Source: Flectonema sp. DT1601 (taxonomy: Eukaryota). Taken from it: a stretch of DNA of 64,000 bases. The notes beneath the pieces are model-generated. The model was given only the letters and a program-made list of their open reading frames with translations. It was not told where the DNA came from and did no database searches. The DNA lies in NCBI GenBank assembly GCA_964019425.1, contig OZ025780.1, positions 682,001 to 746,000 of the forward strand, given 5' to 3'. Shown piece by piece: positions 35,003-46,269 of this stretch (position 1 is its first letter; each line of letters begins with the position of its first letter). The translations under genes were made by a program, and so were the position numbers.

Positions 35003-37912
35003 ATGTTTATACCAAAGGTACACTCTGCGGCTAGCATGTCTAAGGATCGACGGCTTTCAGGTGGCAGTGCGAGTCTCGTGAGCAACTCACTAAATCTAAA
35101 TCCTCAATGGTGTAATAAACATGACACCAGTGCTATTGTTTTAATAAACCTCTTACAATTAAAAATATTGCCAGCTGGTGTACCAAAAGAAAGGATAGTT
35201 GAGTGGAGTACTGGCGTTGGAGTTCAGCTACTTGCGGAATGGTGTACAAATAACTGGAAAGAATGCCATCCTGAACTTCAGAAATTACCGAGATCACATA
35301 GCAATAGCAATAGTGGGTTTACGCTAACACACGAGAGTAGTAATTTATCAGTCTCAGGTCCACCTGTTGGGTTGTATTCGAAGTTGTGTAGATCATTTGC
35401 AAGACAGGTGGATTCTGAACGAAAACAAAGCGGGAATTCTGCGATGAACTTAACATCTCACCATTCCGCTTCATTTATCGAAACAGAATATGATGAGGAA
35501 AGCCGAATCAGCGATCCTCGTTACTTCGCTCCAAAACCCAGACGACCTTCGAGATACACCTACAATTCGCCTTCAGATACCCAACTGCAAATAGCGCTTC
35601 ATGTTGGACACATGATAATGGCTATTGTACTTCCAGCGATCCTATTCAATGTTGTTGTAATCCCCATTGAGATCACCCACAGGGGAACTGTTTGTCCCAG
35701 TGTGGTTAGTATAGTCACTGACTTCTTGTGTTGTGGAGTTATGTACTCTGCTTTTACTCCGTTTCAGATAAAGGGACATTATGTGAAAGAAAGAAAGTCC
35801 ATCGCTAAATATTATATCAGATCGGGGAGGGCTATTCTTGATTTTACCGCTTGTTTTCCTGTTTATTTATTGATGTGGGATTCACCAAGTGGGTGGAATC
35901 GGGTAAACAGACTACTATTAGTTTCTTATGTCCCGGGTATGATAAATTCCTTAGCAACGAGAATCCATGGAGCTGTTCATCCTTTGGTTCTACGATTGAT
36001 AAATATGTTATATGTCAGTTTTTTGATAATGCACGTTTCAGCTTGCAGTTTGCATGCTGTTCTTGAAGGAGATTTCACAGGTGCAAACACTTGGCTTGGA
36101 CGAGGCTCTTTGGAAGAAACACCTCCGCTGTTACTCTATGCTGTTGAGGTTGATTGGACTTTGAGAATGTTGCTTGGAAGAGGAAGTAATTATCCATTGT
36201 ATGATAGTCAGATAGGTGTTTCTATCGTAATAACCATGACTGGAGTCGCGTTGTTGACGGTACTGCTTGCTATAGTGAATGACAGTGTTCGATCACTGGA
36301 TCGATCTGCTTCTGTTCTCCCTAATAAGATTGATGAGGTACGAGATGCTATGAATCACTTACAGCTACCTCAACCGATTCAAGATGAGACTATTCGATAT
36401 TATCGGCAAATGTGGAGCACTTGTCAAACCTTCAGTGTTGAAACACAAGAAAGAATATTTGATGATCTCCCTGTTCAATTATATGAGCGGATTCAATTTC
36501 AATCATACGCTGGTCTGATTCAAAAAATTCCTCTTTTTCAACGAGTTAAAGATAACAACGACTTTGTTTATTCAATGATTGATGCTTTATTCCCAGTGGT
36601 AACGATACCTGGAGAACCAGTTGTTCAAAGAGGAGAAGTTGGAGAATGCATGTACTTCGTACTCAGGGGTACACTAGAAGTGCTTGACCACGATGGTAAT
36701 CCTTGTGCTGTTATAAGAGAAGGAGGTTGTTTTGGTGAAAACGCTCTTCTTTTTGGAGGAGTTAGAGCAGCAACGATACGAACAGCAGAGTATTGCACTT
36801 TACATAAACTTCATCGAGACCAATTTGAAAGACTAGTTGACATCTTCCCCGAAGCGTTGTTTGGTATCCTTGACGAGGTTCAAGGTAGAATGTTAGCGAG
36901 AGATGCAGAACACCGTCGTAAATCAGAAAATACGAAAACGCAAGAAGTAGTCACTCAGGAGGAATCTGCAGAGATGGGATCTGGGAGACCTCAGTTTAGA
37001 ATTATTGTTGACGAAGAGGCATCAGTAGCGGCAGCATCATCACATGCCTCAGAACAAAAAGAAAAAGAGAAAGAGAAAGAGATAACCCTTCGAACAGCTA
37101 TCGCAATATCGAAACCTTTTGCTGAAGGATGTCTACCTGAGATGATCGGGGAAGAGTTAGTAAATGATAACGCATCAGAGGATTGTCAGGCTGATATACT
37201 ATCGTGTTATTTAAATAAAGGAGGTCGTCTTAAATCTAAAAATAACGGAACGGAATTTGAAAATTCTATCACATCATCGACAATGGGTGATGATCAAGTA
37301 TCCTTGGGTATGGGGAAACAACACGCCAAATCTCACAGATCGATTCGTTCTGCTGCATCATCGATCAGGTCTGCAAGATCAGGTGAGAACTTATTATATC
37401 CCATGGGTAGTCTTTTATCTTTAAGAGGTAAGGGAGGTCGACATGCTTCACGTTTTTCTAGGCCAAGCATCATCCGAAGAGAGCATTCTGAAGAGAGTTT
37501 ATCAAGTAACGAGGATCAACCTCCTGTAATAGAGTTCTTAACAGGTTCTCGTAGAGATTCTCATGAGCAAAGTACGAAAAGTGTTCCTCTTGTTAGCAGG
37601 GTTTCGAATCCTTCATTTGGTACATTAAATGGTTTTGACGTAGTATCACAACCTAACAGTACAATTAGTTTTGATAAAGGAAGTTTACATTCAGCTAGTT
37701 ACCTTGACGATGGTAAACTACATACTTCAGTACGTGGAACGAAACTGACAGCAGTAGGCAGTCGTAAGTCTCTCTTACCTGCTGCTGCTGGAAGCCGAGA
37801 ATCTCTTGGGAATCAGTCAGACTTTACGATCACTGATAATGTGAATTATGCTGAAGATAACGTGGAAGAGTTGTTGTCAATTGTTCCAAACAATCGAGAT
37901 GTGAAAACATAG
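35003..37912 (+). CDS. Cyclic-nucleotide-regulated 6TM ion channel (CNG/HCN/KCNH superfamily)
   Basis: 'IAKYYIRSGRAILDFTACFP', S4 'NRVNRLL', 'MHVSACSLH', C-linker 'KIDEVRDAM..LP..IQDETIRYY..W...DLP..L', CNBD 'PGEPVVQRGEVGECMYFVLRGTLEV...GGCFGENALLFGGVRAATIRT'. Confidence 0.9.
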   Translation: MFIPKVHSAASMSKDRRLSGGSASLVSNSLNLNPQWCNKHDTSAIVLINLLQLKILPAGVPKERIVEWSTGVGVQLLAEWCTNNWKECHPELQKLPRSHSNSNSGFTLTHESSNLSVSGPPVGLYSKLCRSFARQVDSERKQSGNSAMNLTSHHSASFIETEYDEESRISDPRYFAPKPRRPSRYTYNSPSDTQLQIALHVGHMIMAIVLPAILFNVVVIPIEITHRGTVCPSVVSIVTDFLCCGVMYSAFTPFQIKGHYVKERKSIAKYYIRSGRAILDFTACFPVYLLMWDSPSGWNRVNRLLLVSYVPGMINSLATRIHGAVHPLVLRLINMLYVSFLIMHVSACSLHAVLEGDFTGANTWLGRGSLEETPPLLLYAVEVDWTLRMLLGRGSNYPLYDSQIGVSIVITMTGVALLTVLLAIVNDSVRSLDRSASVLPNKIDEVRDAMNHLQLPQPIQDETIRYYRQMWSTCQTFSVETQERIFDDLPVQLYERIQFQSYAGLIQKIPLFQRVKDNNDFVYSMIDALFPVVTIPGEPVVQRGEVGECMYFVLRGTLEVLDHDGNPCAVIREGGCFGENALLFGGVRAATIRTAEYCTLHKLHRDQFERLVDIFPEALFGILDEVQGRMLARDAEHRRKSENTKTQEVVTQEESAEMGSGRPQFRIIVDEEASVAAASSHASEQKEKEKEKEITLRTAIAISKPFAEGCLPEMIGEELVNDNASEDCQADILSCYLNKGGRLKSKNNGTEFENSITSSTMGDDQVSLGMGKQHAKSHRSIRSAASSIRSARSGENLLYPMGSLLSLRGKGGRHASRFSRPSIIRREHSEESLSSNEDQPPVIEFLTGSRRDSHEQSTKSVPLVSRVSNPSFGTLNGFDVVSQPNSTISFDKGSLHSASYLDDGKLHTSVRGTKLTAVGSRKSLLPAAAGSRESLGNQSDFTITDNVNYAEDNVEELLSIVPNNRDVKT

Positions 37913-39949
37913 CCTGATTCAGGTGACGTATCTTACGGTACGTTCTTCCCTCTTATTTTATTTAGTTTTGTGTTGTCAAAAAAAAAAAATGAGGTGTAAT
38001 ATTTCGACCCCTCCCTGAAAACATTTTTTTTTTTTGTTATTTTCGCACCTTTTTAGTCAACATGTATCTAAAAAAACTAATGTTAAATTATCGTTATGTT
38101 GTTTTATGATACAAATGCATTTTGTATTTTTACGTACAGAAAAAAAATCAAAACAGTTAACTCCCCTGAAAATAAAGTTTTTTGTTATTTTATTTAATTC
38201 TCGTTTCGGTTGTCTTGGTTTTTTTGTTTACGTGCAGGAACTTTAGTCCTCTTCTGTTTTTTTTTCTTTCCTTTTTTTATTAGTCTATCAGACTAAGGCA
38301 GGAAGACTTTATCACTTTGTTTTAGATAGCAATTCCTAAGATTAGGTCTTCTTGTGTTGTTGTTGTTGTTGCTTCGTAGCTCTATTGAAGTTTAGATAGG
38401 TGCTCGCTAGTTTACTGTATTAGCGATGTGCACTATGCAATGTATCGGAGTTTTTTTTTGTCTTCCTTCCTTTGTATTTTATTTATTTTGAACCACCTGC
38501 AGTAATCTTTTTTACTTAAAAAAAGGTTTTTTTTTTACACTGCGGGGAGGTTATTAACCTTGGGCAGCTTTCTAGTTGTAGTCAGTGGGTTTTTTTTTCC
38601 TTTTGCATTCTTTTTTTTTCTTCTTTCCCCCCTTCTTCAGCAATCCAAGCAAGATTAAAATTACACAAGTGCATCATTGGTGAGTTCTTGTGAGTTTTTC
38701 TTTTCTTTTCTTATGTTGTTATTATTTATATTTAATCTTTTGTAGCTTCTGTAGTTTGCAATGATTTGAAGCAGAGTTTCATATCAGGCAATAACTTCTT
38801 AGGAGGTTGAGAATACAACGGAGAAGGACATAATCTACCTGTCAGAGTCGTTGTAAAAGGTAAGATTAGCGGGTCTAAGAGTCTGTTGAAAGGTTTCGTA
38901 TTGTAACTTCTTTTGAGTGATGTGCTGTTTGTCTTCGATTTTATGTCAACATTCAGCTGTCCACGTGCTAGATGTGTTCCACACCCTTTTTTTTTTTTTT
39001 TTTTCCCCTAGGTTATTTATTTTTTTTTGTTTTTGAAAAAAAATTGATGAGGAAAGTTTTCCTTTAAAAAAAAAAAGCTGACAACTTGTGACAAATCAGA
39101 CTTCGGTTTTTGTCAATTTTTAAACAGAACTACGTAGCAATAGCTGATGTGAAAATACTAATTTTCAAAGGAAAGCACCACTTTCCGTGACAAACACGAG
39201 ATCTCATGTAGCAGAAATTAGTTCTGATTGCTCAACAGCTTTTATGTGCATTATTTTTTTGCTTATTTCCAGCATGGAGGGTCGAAGCAAAAAAAAGAAA
39301 AGAAAAAGAAGCTTTTGCTTGTTTTCCCCTGAAACACTATTAACAGCTTTTTTTTTTTTTTTTTGGTGAACTTCCTCAAATCGGAGGCTTTGTGACCACT
39401 TAAGTACTACCAGAGATAACTTTTGTGTGGCAGGTAGAAAACACAAATATCTGAAAACAGAACAATACCCGACAAATTCTTATTCAGATTGAAAGCAATT
39501 ATTTCTTATGATCGTGATCATGCATGTAGTACTATTTTCATAACGAGGCTCATTTTTTATATATTTACTATTTGTTAAAATAATCACTCTCTATGGGGTT
39601 TCCCAGTAAAATAGCATTATTTTTTTTGGCTGCGTTACTCAAGCTTGTTTTTTTTTTTTTTATAAGTGCCTTGTCTTTAATATTGAAAAGAAAATGGCCC
39701 GCCTTTGTATTGCTTTTCTTTTTTTTTTTTAAAAAAATAATTTTTTTCTTTTTTTCCGGAATTATGGCTCTCTTAGTGTTTACACACAAGAATCAGTTGT
39801 CGATGTGTTCGTTTGATTTTCTATTTTTTCCCCTCAGACATCTTATATTTTTGCTCTCATCAGTATCATAAATAACTCTGTTCAGATGGTTACTTCGAAG
39901 GGATTAGTTAAGGTAATCATTCCCCTTATTTCTCAGTGATTCTTCTTTT

Positions 39950-40984
39950 ATGGGTCAAAAATGTTGGAAGTCATCCACCGTAGACGATAATCCGACGACG
40001 GGTATAGCTAATGACGCCTATTGTATTAGTGGTGATGGAATCCCTGAAACCGAAATAGTTGAAAAGAATTCAAAAAAATATCATGCGGAAGGGATTATGA
40101 GTGTGGTAGCAATCAATGATACGAAATACATTACGGGTGGGGAGGAAGGGAGAATGTGTCTAATGGACGTTGGTAGCATAGAACCTGTTCAAAAAATTGA
40201 CAAAGCTCATGGAGCAGACGTCCGTCGAATGACATATCACAGCAACAGCAATCTAGTCATATCAAGTGGACGTGATAAATTAGCAAAAATATGGACATTC
40301 AACGACACATTATCACCAGCTGGAAGCTTACAAGGCCACAGCATGCCTGTAGCAAATTCAGACATCTCAACGAATGGTACTAAAATTATAACTGGATCAA
40401 GGGACAACACGGTTAGACTTTGGGATACAGAAACATCAAAGCAATTACACTGCAACAACACTCCCAGGAACTTAGTTCATTGCGTGGCATGGCTTGATGA
40501 TTGTATTGTCGCTCAGGGAGGTGAGAATTTAAAAATATATCTTTGGGACACTAGGGAAGATTCCATCTCACAAAGTGGTGATCCTATTGTCGGTTTTATG
40601 GATCAACCTGTCTGTATGACCAGAGCATCTGATAAAGAATATGAGATATACGTTGGCTATAAAGGCTTCACTGAAAAGAGTGCAGTAATCCGAAGATTTG
40701 ATATCAGAAAACGACAAGTAATTCAAACCTTAACAGGACATGATAAAATGATATGCGACGTCACTCACTCCAACTCAATCGTAACATCTGTGTCACAAGA
40801 CTGTTCACTACGAACTTGGGATAACAACGGAACGTTAATTGACACCTTGATGTTTAATCCTGAGGGATCTCCTACAGACATGACTACTTTATCATCACAC
40901 GCGGTAATTTCAACAACTGAAGAACACATTCTTTTATCGAAAAGTAAAGAAGGAGACTATTCTGTTGTCAGGAGATATACATAA
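39950..40984 (+). CDS. WDR31: WD40-repeat protein, WDR31-like, with N-terminal MGQKC acylation motif
   Basis: GH..WD repeats; 'TGSRDNTVRLWD....RNLVHCVAW', 'KGF' and 'TSVSQDCSLRTWD' resemble WDR31. Confidence 0.78.
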   Translation: MGQKCWKSSTVDDNPTTGIANDAYCISGDGIPETEIVEKNSKKYHAEGIMSVVAINDTKYITGGEEGRMCLMDVGSIEPVQKIDKAHGADVRRMTYHSNSNLVISSGRDKLAKIWTFNDTLSPAGSLQGHSMPVANSDISTNGTKIITGSRDNTVRLWDTETSKQLHCNNTPRNLVHCVAWLDDCIVAQGGENLKIYLWDTREDSISQSGDPIVGFMDQPVCMTRASDKEYEIYVGYKGFTEKSAVIRRFDIRKRQVIQTLTGHDKMICDVTHSNSIVTSVSQDCSLRTWDNNGTLIDTLMFNPEGSPTDMTTLSSHAVISTTEEHILLSKSKEGDYSVVRRYT

Positions 40985-41379
40985 CTTCAAAAAAAAAAAA
41001 AAAATAGAAAAATAAGAATTAGTAAATATTATCCAATCAGTTCTGTTTTTTTTAATATTTTTAATTTCGGCGGACCATAAGTAAACCACCGAAGTTTTCC
41101 CAAAAAAAAAAAAAAAAAAGGCTGTCTATTTTTGTCTTTTCTACACCGCGACAGCTGCAATGAAAACATAAGATTGGTTGGGTTGATAATTTTAAGTCTC
41201 TTTTTGAGATACTAAAGATAACGCACATGATTATTATTTTTTTTTTTTTGTTATTTTACGACTATCTAACCAATTCGTGTTTTAATATTATTTGTCATTA
41301 TTAACACGTAGCCCCCCCCGACACGATCAATTGCTTTATTGTTATTTTATTTACTTATTTCTTCAGCTGGACATTTATT

Positions 41380-42651
41380 ATGCGTGGCCGAGATCGCTGG
41401 ACTCCTGACCGTCGTGTTCAGGCAAGGCGAAAAAGAAAAGTAGCTCTTCGGAGATGTGTCCTTATTATTGTATTTGTTATTGTGTGGGTTCCTTTAATGT
41501 TGTTTGGGTTGATGGATTGGGCAGTTGAGGATTCTACAGCTAAAGGCAAACAACAAGTTCATGAAAAAATAATAATAACACCTCATCCGCGAACACCTCA
41601 TCAGAGAATGACACCTCCACCGCTAATCACAAATAATATTGCGAACAGCAGTGAAAAGCAGTTGATTGGTAGCGATAGAATTCGTATTAGAGGAGATGAT
41701 CTCAGAATACCAACAAATCGCGTATCTCATAAAATTGACGACCCCTTACCTCACTTTACACTAGTCCTATGCAGCTGGTCAGGAGACGTAGAGGGATTCC
41801 CAAGAGTCAAACTGCTATTAGCGTCTGTAAAGAAATTCGTCGACGTGGAATCTCTAAAAGAAATAATATTCGTAGTCCCTCAAACAGATCAAGCAAACTT
41901 TGAAGCAATTGGAGCGAAACAAAAGATTCCATTTAGAGTGATCCCAGACGAAAATATCTTATCTCTAACCAAAACTACTGCTGACAAACTGTTGCCGGAT
42001 GGTGAAAAGAGAACTAATGGAGGAAGAGGTGGTAGTTACAGGCTTCAAATGGCACTAAAATTGGGAATTGCTCGCCACGTTCGCACTTCGTATTATATTA
42101 CAATGGATAATGACGTATTTTTAAAAAGAAAAATGTCACACAGTGACATCATTATTAATGGTAAAGCAATAGTTCAGGGCAACGATGGGAATAATAGAAA
42201 AAGCTGGTGGGAAGCAGCAGGAAACATTCTTCAAGACCCAACCAACTGCGGAGCGACTCTTTCGAAAAACGAATTTCAAATAGGTGTAACACCCGCTATA
42301 TTATCTAGAGAAATAAGTCTAGGTCTCCTTGACTACTTAGAAGAAACTTATCACAGTACTTTTGATAAGGCTTTGTTTAGAATGTTACATTCAAAACCAA
42401 CATCAGATTGGACAGAATACACTCTGTATTGGTCTTTTGGATGCAAAGTAAACATGCTAGAAGAGCTTCATGTACTTCCACCGAATCGTAAAGTTTATGA
42501 CACGTCTGGATTCGGTTGGGATTCGTTCTCTAAGTACGACGCGAAAGCTGTTTTCGAAGATAACTCCACGTTCTTTGGTGTCGTTCAGTCGATCAACGGA
42601 GCGCCTTCAACAACTGTAATGAGTGTGTTGTCTTTATTTATTGAACACTAG
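41380..42651 (+). CDS. Type II membrane GT-A fold glycosyltransferase-like protein (DUF6492-like)
   Basis: Basic N-terminus plus TM anchor; 'YRLQMALKL..ARHVRTSYYITMDNDVFL' (DxD), 'GVTPAIL' and 'WTEYTLY'. Confidence 0.7.
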   Translation: MRGRDRWTPDRRVQARRKRKVALRRCVLIIVFVIVWVPLMLFGLMDWAVEDSTAKGKQQVHEKIIITPHPRTPHQRMTPPPLITNNIANSSEKQLIGSDRIRIRGDDLRIPTNRVSHKIDDPLPHFTLVLCSWSGDVEGFPRVKLLLASVKKFVDVESLKEIIFVVPQTDQANFEAIGAKQKIPFRVIPDENILSLTKTTADKLLPDGEKRTNGGRGGSYRLQMALKLGIARHVRTSYYITMDNDVFLKRKMSHSDIIINGKAIVQGNDGNNRKSWWEAAGNILQDPTNCGATLSKNEFQIGVTPAILSREISLGLLDYLEETYHSTFDKALFRMLHSKPTSDWTEYTLYWSFGCKVNMLEELHVLPPNRKVYDTSGFGWDSFSKYDAKAVFEDNSTFFGVVQSINGAPSTTVMSVLSLFIEH

Positions 42652-42981
42652 GCTACTTAGTGATTTCCAATTCTAGATGGAAAAAAAAAAAAAAAAAAAA
42701 AAAAAAACTTTTTCCTTTTGAAATGGAATATTTCTTGTGGAAAAAATCTTAGAGATTTTTTTTATTTTTAAAATTGATAATTACGTAGTTAGTTGCCAGA
42801 GGTTTCGTTCCCATTTTTTTTTTTTTTTTTTTTTTTTTATAAAAATCTATGGAAATACCTTGCTATTTCATATACGACCAGATCGCAACAATAGTTGACA
42901 AAGTACACACCGTTAGAATGTTGTTTGTAAATTTATAATACGTGAAAAACACACAGTTTTTTACAAACACAACAAAAAAAA

Positions 42982-43843
42982 ATGTTACGCAGAACTATTT
43001 TTAAGCTTTCCCAGACTGTTGTCGCTTCGGTTCAGAATGATGTTGTTGGAGTTTTAAAATTGAACAGACCGGAGTCACTGAATGCTCTTAATGGAGAGTT
43101 GGTAAGAACATTAGCTCAGAAAGTTAGAGAATTCGAAGCTGATGATTCAATTTGCTCCATGGTCATTACTGGAGAGGGGGACAAGGCATTCGCTGCCGGA
43201 GCTGACATCAAGGAAATGTCTGCCATGAACTACTCCGATGTATATTTAGGTGAGTTGTTTGGGGATCTTATTGCCATCAGACAGGCAAAGAAGCCAATCA
43301 TTGCTGCGGTTAATGGATTTGCTCTTGGAGGAGGATGTGAACTTGCGATGCTTTGTGACATCATCTACGCTTCTGAGAAAGCAAAGTTTGGACAGCCTGA
43401 GATCAAGTTGGGAACGATTCCTGGAATTGGTGGAACCCAAAACCTAACAAAACTAATTGGAAAGGGTAAAGCCATGGAGTGGGTTTTAACTGGTCGCATT
43501 TACAGCGCAGATGAAGCTGAAAAAGCTGGACTTGTAGCCCGAGTGTTCCCAGCTGAAACGCTCCTCTCTGAGAGCGTTAAAACCGCTACTGAGATCGCCA
43601 GCTACAGCAGACTCACTACTGCCATCGCTAAGGATGCTGTCAACAAGTCTCTTGACTTGGGAATTACGTATGATACTTTTAAAATACTTTTCTGTCATAA
43701 AAGCGAAACAAAAACAAAACAAAAACAGTGAGGGTCTTCATTATGAGAAGAGAGTTTTCCAAGCTACCTTCGGAACCGCTGATAGAAAGGAAGGAATGAC
43801 CGCATTCGCCGAGAAACGTGCGGCTAAGTGGTCCCACGCATAG
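42982..43843 (+). CDS. ECHS1: Mitochondrial short-chain enoyl-CoA hydratase (crotonase); exons 42982-43667 and 43729-43843
   Basis: MLRRT presequence; '[11 protein letters not shown]', '[12 protein letters not shown]', '[13 protein letters not shown]'; removing GTATGA..AAACAG (43668-43728) restores '[33 protein letters not shown]'. Confidence 0.95.
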
Positions 43844-44259
43844 GAGTGAGTTCAAATGGAATAAAAAAAAAAAAAAAAAAAATAAGGAAACGTACCAATT
43901 CCATACCAGTGCCGAGTGTTTTTATAAAGTGATACAAGCGAAAAGCGTGCCCCATTCGGTCGTTCCATATGGCACCTGTCTTTTTTTTTTTTTTTTTTTT
44001 TAGATTTCTTGTTTAAAAAAAAAAAAAATGCTGAAAGCTGTTGCTTTTGTTTAAGAAGAAAATGAGAGTCAGCGCTTTTACAAAGGATCAATTTAAAAAA
44101 AAAAAAAAAACGGTTCGGTTGATATTGCGCCAAGACTTTCATCTTACGAAAAAAAACGTTTTTTTTGATAAAGAAGAAGGGAAACAATAATTTTTTTTCC
44201 CCCCGCTCTAAAATTCTAGGTGAAACAACAACAAAAAAAAAAAAAAAAAAAAAGGAAAA

Positions 44260-45273
44260 ATGCTTCGAACCCTGTTCACAATTTGTGGAGTGTTGCACGC
44301 ATCTCTTGCTAATACCATTCTAATTCAAGATGCTGGTATTGATGATTATATGTGTACAATCCTACTTGCCAATCATTTGTCGGATTTCGATGGTGAAATC
44401 ATCGTCAACGCTGACAGCACAGTTCCGGAATCGATGGTCGCTGCTGATAAACTTCATCAAATTATTAAAAATGGTGAAAATGTTGATCTGTCGCTTAGCA
44501 GGACCAGGATGTACAATGCCTTCCCTTATGCTTATCGTTCAGACACAATAAGCTTTTTAAACTTAACAGAATTTAAGAATATATCATCAACTGTTCAATG
44601 GCCATATAAGAACGGAGATACATGGCTACAACAATATTTGAAGACACACAATAACATAACAGTCGTTGTTACTACTGCTCCTACACCACTTACTGATATA
44701 TTAAATAATAACCCATCTTTAGCAAGTCATATCAAGAGAGTAGTCTGGATGGGAGGTGCTGTTAACGTTCCTGGAAATCTTGATCCAGTTCAATTCCCTT
44801 GGAATAACTCTGACGCTGAATGGAATGTGTTTACAGATCCAATGGCTGCTGCGGATCTGTTTTCTGTTATGAGTTTTAATGAGATTCCTATTCTTTTATT
44901 TCCGTTGGATATTTCTGACTTGACTCCTCTCGACAGTAATTTCTATGCTGCTCTTGAAGCGGCGGTTGCCAAGAGTCCACCGAACTCACCAGAGTTACGA
45001 CTACATCAGTTGGTTCTTGATGCGTACTTACTCGTAAAAAATGATACTTTTTACCGACTTTGGGATACTGTTGCTGCAGGTTACGTAATCTGGCCAGAGC
45101 TCTACGCTACTCCTACCCCTACACTGTTGGAAGTCGTTGTCGGGCCAACAAAAATGGGATCGCTTCGCAAGTGTAGTGTCCCTTCAGAGAATTGCGTCTC
45201 AATTCAAGTTTTCTCAGCATTTGTTAGCGAAGCTGCCAGGGAAACCTTTATTACTAATGTGGCTGCTGGGTAG
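44260..45273 (+). CDS. Nucleoside hydrolase (IU-NH family, purine-preferring IAG-like) with signal peptide
   Basis: 'QDAGIDD', 'NAD', 'NAFP..YR', 'WMGGAVNVPGN', 'AEWNVFTDP', 'PLD' and 'LWDTVAAGY'; hydrophobic leader ending ASLA. Confidence 0.85.
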   Translation: MLRTLFTICGVLHASLANTILIQDAGIDDYMCTILLANHLSDFDGEIIVNADSTVPESMVAADKLHQIIKNGENVDLSLSRTRMYNAFPYAYRSDTISFLNLTEFKNISSTVQWPYKNGDTWLQQYLKTHNNITVVVTTAPTPLTDILNNNPSLASHIKRVVWMGGAVNVPGNLDPVQFPWNNSDAEWNVFTDPMAAADLFSVMSFNEIPILLFPLDISDLTPLDSNFYAALEAAVAKSPPNSPELRLHQLVLDAYLLVKNDTFYRLWDTVAAGYVIWPELYATPTPTLLEVVVGPTKMGSLRKCSVPSENCVSIQVFSAFVSEAARETFITNVAAG

Positions 45274-45613
45274 AATGCTTGTGATAAGTCCCTTAAAGTC
45301 ACTACCTGATGCTTATATTAGTTGATTCTTGATACCAAATATTTATTATTATAAATATGCTCGTAGCAATTAACATTCTTTAGTTTTAATACGACACCAA
45401 AGTTAAGCATCACCGTAGTTAATATTATCTTTAACAGCTGGTCGATATGTTCAATCCGGTTTATCAAAAAAAAAACTGGAATGAAGAGTCCTAAGAGACA
45501 AGTAGTATTGTGATTATTTAGTTTCTAGTTTTATATTTTTTTAAACAGGTTTGTACAAAATATATCGTTTTTTATATTAATTACATCTCAACAAACATTC
45601 AAGTTGGAAGAGT

Positions 45614-46150
45614 ATGAGTGACAGTATAAACTACATCCTAATCATGGGAATTTGTGGTGTTGGCAAAACAACTGTGGGACTGAAAATAGCGAAGGAATTG
45701 GGAATTCAATTTGTTGAAGGCGATGATTGGCATCCGAAAAACAACAAAGATAAAATGAAAGCAGGCATTCCTCTGACTGATACCGATCGCTTTCCATGGC
45801 TTGAAAATATCAACAAACAAATCCGACAGCTTGATAGTTGTGTTGTAGCTTGCTCTGCCTTAAAGCAGTCATACAGAGAGATACTGTTTTCAAATATACC
45901 AATCTGCTCTACTTTAGTGGTGTTTCTTCATTGCGAAGTAGAATTACTAAATGAGAGGATGGCATCTCGAAAGGAACATTTCATGCCGACTTCGCTAATT
46001 CCGTCTCAGATGTCAACTCTAGAACCTCCAACTAATTGTTTGGCTATTGATGTTGCACATGATGGTGTTGGTGAAATTGTTTCAAAAGTCAAATCCCAAA
46101 TCAACGAGAGGATCAAAACAACAACAACAACAACAACAACAACGAATTGA
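45614..46150 (+). CDS. gntK: Gluconokinase (GntK/IdnK family)
   Basis: 'MGICGVGKTT', 'EGDDWHP..NKDKM..GIPLTDTDRFPWL', 'VACSALKQSYR' and 'HFMPTSLIPSQMSTLEPP'. Confidence 0.93.
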   Translation: MSDSINYILIMGICGVGKTTVGLKIAKELGIQFVEGDDWHPKNNKDKMKAGIPLTDTDRFPWLENINKQIRQLDSCVVACSALKQSYREILFSNIPICSTLVVFLHCEVELLNERMASRKEHFMPTSLIPSQMSTLEPPTNCLAIDVAHDGVGEIVSKVKSQINERIKTTTTTTTTTN

Positions 46151-46269
46151 GGACATAGTTTGATATTTGTGTTTATTTTTGTGTGAAAAAAAAAAAATTA
46201 AAAAATTCCTGTTTATTTATTTTTCTCCCCAAACTATAGTCTCCGAGGGGTGCACACCCACATCCCGCA

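Noticed and set aside
38620..38865. Exon-like pieces bounded by T-rich AG and GTGAGT/GTAAGA
   Set aside because: No consistent open frame or recognisable product; could be non-coding but unsupported without RNA data
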